A stretch of DNA of 64,000 bases from Macrostomum lignano (lineage: Eukaryota): positions 1-64,000 of the forward strand of contig NIVC01001199.1 in the NCBI GenBank assembly GCA_002269645.1. The letters run 5' to 3'. The position numbers were made by a program, and so were the translations under genes. A model generated the notes under the pieces. It made no database searches, was not told the origin of the DNA, and was given only the letters and a program-made list of their open reading frames with translations. Below, in pieces: positions 48,650 to 64,000 of this stretch. Each line of letters opens with the position of its first letter. Within the stretch, counting starts at the first letter, position 1.

Positions 48650-49200
48650 TTATTTCACCACTTTCTCTAATCTGTTCACCAATTTCTCTAATCTGTTCAC
48701 CAATTTCTCTAATCTGTTCACCAATTTCTCTAATCTGTTCACTAGTTCCCCAAATCGATTCACCAATTCCCCTAATTTATTCACAAACCCCTAATCTATT
48801 CACCAACCCCTAATATTCACCAACCCCTAATCTATTCACCAACCCCTAATCTACTCACTAACCCCTAATCTATTCACCAACCCCTAATATATTCACCAAA
48901 CCCTAATCTATTCACCAATCCCCTTAAGCTGTTCTCGGACCCTCATCGATCTGTTCACCAATCCCCCTTAAGCTGTTCACGGACCCTCATCGATCTGTTC
49001 ACCAATCCCCCTTAAGCTGTTCACGGACCCTCATCGATCTGTTCACCAATCCCCCTTAAGCTGTTCACGGACCCTCATCGATCTGTTCACCAATCCCCCT
49101 TAAGCTGTTCACGGACCCTCATCGATCTGTTCACCAATCCCCCTTAAGCTGTTCACGGACCCTCATCGATTTGTTCACCAATTACCCTCATCGATTCACC
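48650..49200. repeat. Compound array of related 21-, 19- and 45-bp units (ctaatct[g/a]ttcaccaa core)
   Basis: Three successive unit lengths sharing ttcacc. Confidence 0.9.
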
Positions 49201-49499
49201 AATGCCTCTAATCTGCTCACTAATATCCCTAAGCTACTTACCAATTTCCCAAATGCATTCTCCGATTCCCAACTTCACTCACCAATCTTTAGTTCATTCA
49301 CCAATTTTCTCCATAACTGAGTCAAAAATTTTTGCATTCTGTTTGCCATTAATATTATTTTGTAATTTGCAAATTTTCATGATTTCTAATTTGTAATCGA
49401 AGTTATGGTTAGCAAAAAATATTTTTTTAATTCCCTCTAAAACTCTCTCTTTTTCTCTTTGAAGATCAACTAAAGTTAGAATTTTTATTTTTCTAATCC

Positions 49500-50100
49500 C
49501 TCCTGCCCCACCTTTACCGGACCGGTTCCGGGATGCCTAGCCGCCCGCTCACCCGAGCCCCGTTGCAACAGGGGGAGTGAGCGGTCCGCCTCTCATTGGT
49601 TGCGGCCTCTGATTGGGTGAGGGGAGGGAAGCCTCCCCGGAGCGGGGAAGCGCCAGCCCTTCTCTTCCCAAAGCCCCGGGTGCCCCGGCAGTGCAGATCC
49701 CCCCTCAAGACAGCTCTCCTCTCCTCGCACTTCGCCTCGATAATTTAAGAAAGAAGGATTTGTTAGTTCGTGCCTCGGCAAAGATTTCGGGTCCGTCAGA
49801 GCGCAAAAGAGAAGTTGAGCCTTCAATTCTAACTCCCCTCAAACCGGTCGCTCAATCTCATCCTCCCACCAACGAGGGACAGGGGGCCAATCTTGAAAAC
49901 TTTGCCCAAAATCTCGGATATCTCCTTCCTGCAGCGCAAACTGCAGTCCGTGCCCGCCTCTCCCGTCTGACTGCTCGCCCTCCCCCCCCCCTATAAGCAG
50001 CTCCGTGACCCTGCACGAATTCGTCCTTAGCAACCCGTCAAGCCGCCGGTGCAGCAGACCGCCTGCAAGCAAGGCACGGCAAGTAAAGTGAAGTAAGTAC
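49500..50100 (+). promoter_or_regulatory. Putative single-minded promoter and non-coding first exon
   Basis: CpG-rich. ATTGG at 49595 and 49612, CCAAT at ~49887, TATAAG at 49992-49997, and GTAAGT donor-like site at 50093. Confidence 0.5.
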
Positions 50101-50381
50101 TATCCATGGCGACTCGCTCATTCACGGAGCTCAGCAGACAGCTACGTGCACGCGCGCGTGTGACAAAACCCAGCTTTTTTTGGGGGGGGGGTCCCCTTTA
50201 AGGAGGCCCCCTCTTCAAGATTCTAAAATAGGCATTCTATAGGTTGGCTAAAGGTTGCTGGTAGTCACGGACTCAATTCAATCTCTCTCGCTGGTGGCAT
50301 ATATAGGCGAGTTGAGTTTGAGTAGATAATAGGAGACAAAACAATTTTGAAAATTTTGGCATACCTTTGGCATTTCCGTAA

Positions 50382-62451
<12,070 letters not shown>

Positions 62452-62539
62452 GTAAGTCTGGGCAGCGATAAGGCCCGTGTTAAACTGCTGAAACTAATTG
62501 GGGGGCTTTCTGGTGCGAACTGTTCCAATAAATCCCCCG

Positions 62540-64000
62540 ATTAGGGCGCCTTCCTATCCCCGATTAGGGCGCCTCCCTATCCCCGATTAGGGCGCCTCCC
62601 TACCCCCGATTAGGCGCCTCCCTATCCCCGATTAGGGCGCCTTCCTATCCCCGATTAGGGCGCCTCCCTATCCCCGATTAGGGCGACTTCCTATCCCTGA
62701 TTTGGGCGCCTCCCTATCCCCGATTAGGGCGCCTTCCTATCCCCGATTAGGGCGCCTCCCTATCCCCGATTAGGGCGCCTCCCTATCCCCGATTAGGGCG
62801 CCTCCCTACCCCCGATTAGGGCGCCTTCCTATCGAACGATTAGGGCGCCTCCCTATCCCCGATTAGGGCACCTCCCTATCGAACGATTAGGGCGCCTCCC
62901 TATCCCCGATTAGGGCACCTCCCTATCCCCGATTAGGGCGCCTCCCTATCCCCGATTAGGGCGCCTTCCTATCGAACGATTAGGGCGCCTTCCTATCCCC
63001 GATTAGGGCGCCTCCCTATCCCCGATTAGGGCGCCTTCCTATCCAACGATTAGGGCGCCTTCCTATCCCAGATTAGGGCGCCTTCCTATCCCAGATTAGG
63101 GCGCCTTCCTATCCCAGATTAGGGCGCCTCCCTATCGAACGATTAGGGCGCCTCCCTATCCCCGATTAGGGCACCTCCCTATCCCCGATTAGGGCGCCTC
63201 CCTATCCCTGATTAGGGCGCCTCCCTATCCCAGATTAGGGCGCCTTCCTATCCCCGATTAGGGCACCTCCCTATCCCCGATTAGGGCGCCTCCCTATCCC
63301 CGATTAGGGCGCCTCCCTACCCCCGATTAGGGCGCCTTCCTATCGAACGATTAGGGCGCCTCCCTATCCCCGATTAGGGCACCTCCCTATCGAACGATTA
63401 GGGCGCCTCCCTATCCCCGATTAGGGCACCTCCCTATCCCCGATTAGGGCGCCTTCCTATCCCCGATTAGGGCGCCTCCCTATCCCCGATTAGGGCGCCT
63501 CCCTATCCCCGATTAGGGCGCCTTCCTACCCCCGATTAGGGCGCCTCCCTATCCCCGATTAGGGCACCTCCCTATCGAACGATTAGGGCGCCTCCCTATC
63601 CCCGATTAGGGCGCCTTCCTATCCCCGATTAGGGCGCCTCCCTATCCCCGATTAGGGCACCTCCCTATCCCCGATTAGGGCGCCTCCCTATCCCCGATTA
63701 GGGCGCCTCCCTATCGAACGATTAGGCGCCTCCCTATCCCCGATTAGGGCGCCTTCCTATCCCCGATTAGGGCGCCTCCCTATCCCCGATTAGGGCGCCT
63801 CCCTATCCCCGATTAGGGCACCTCCCTATCGAACGATTAGGGCGCCTCCCTATCCCCGATTAGGGCGCCTTCCTATCCCAGATTAGGGCGCCTTCCTATC
63901 CCAGATTAGGGCGCCTCCCTATCGAACGATTAGGGCGCCTCCCTATCCCCGATTAGGGCACCTCCCTATCCCCGATTAGGGCGCCTCCCTATCCCCGATT
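62540..64000. repeat. 23-bp array ccccgattagggcgcctccctat in sim intron 5
   Basis: More than 60 copies, running off the window. Confidence 0.97.

Overview
This is animal genomic DNA (spliced GT-AG genes, a bHLH-PAS single-minded gene, tRNA-derived SINEs). The gene spacing and minisatellite-stuffed introns suggest a flatworm or other spiralian, but that is inference only. (1) 605-9916 is a complete but decayed Ty3/gypsy LTR retrotransposon on the minus strand. It has ~990-bp LTRs, a TAAG target-site duplication, a tRNA-Leu-type PBS, a PPT, a GGGAAAC -1 frameshift site between gag and pol, and an unexplained third, non-env ORF between integrase and the 3' LTR. (2) 10-16.9 kb is a decaying minisatellite followed by an AT-rich, nearly CpG-free and TpA-rich block containing a Harbinger-type MITE. 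(3) 16.9-34.5 kb is a tight same-strand cluster of five genes: STEEP1/CXorf56, a 74-aa membrane microprotein, HIKESHI, PDHA1 and TXNDC17. Its introns hold two SINEs, a young RNase H-bearing LINE fragment, an orphan histone-type stem-loop and private minisatellites. (4) 34.5-49.5 kb is gene-free with about a dozen different tandem arrays, a full-length SINE and a TIR element that carries an array. (5) 49.5-64 kb holds the promoter and first five coding exons of single-minded, and the gene runs off the window. Most long ORFs in the supplied track beyond 33 kb are translations of tandem repeats. The most interesting signals are the gypsy third ORF, the private minisatellite in nearly every intron, the CpG/CpA-deamination signatures, the orphan histone stem-loop and the operon-like cluster.
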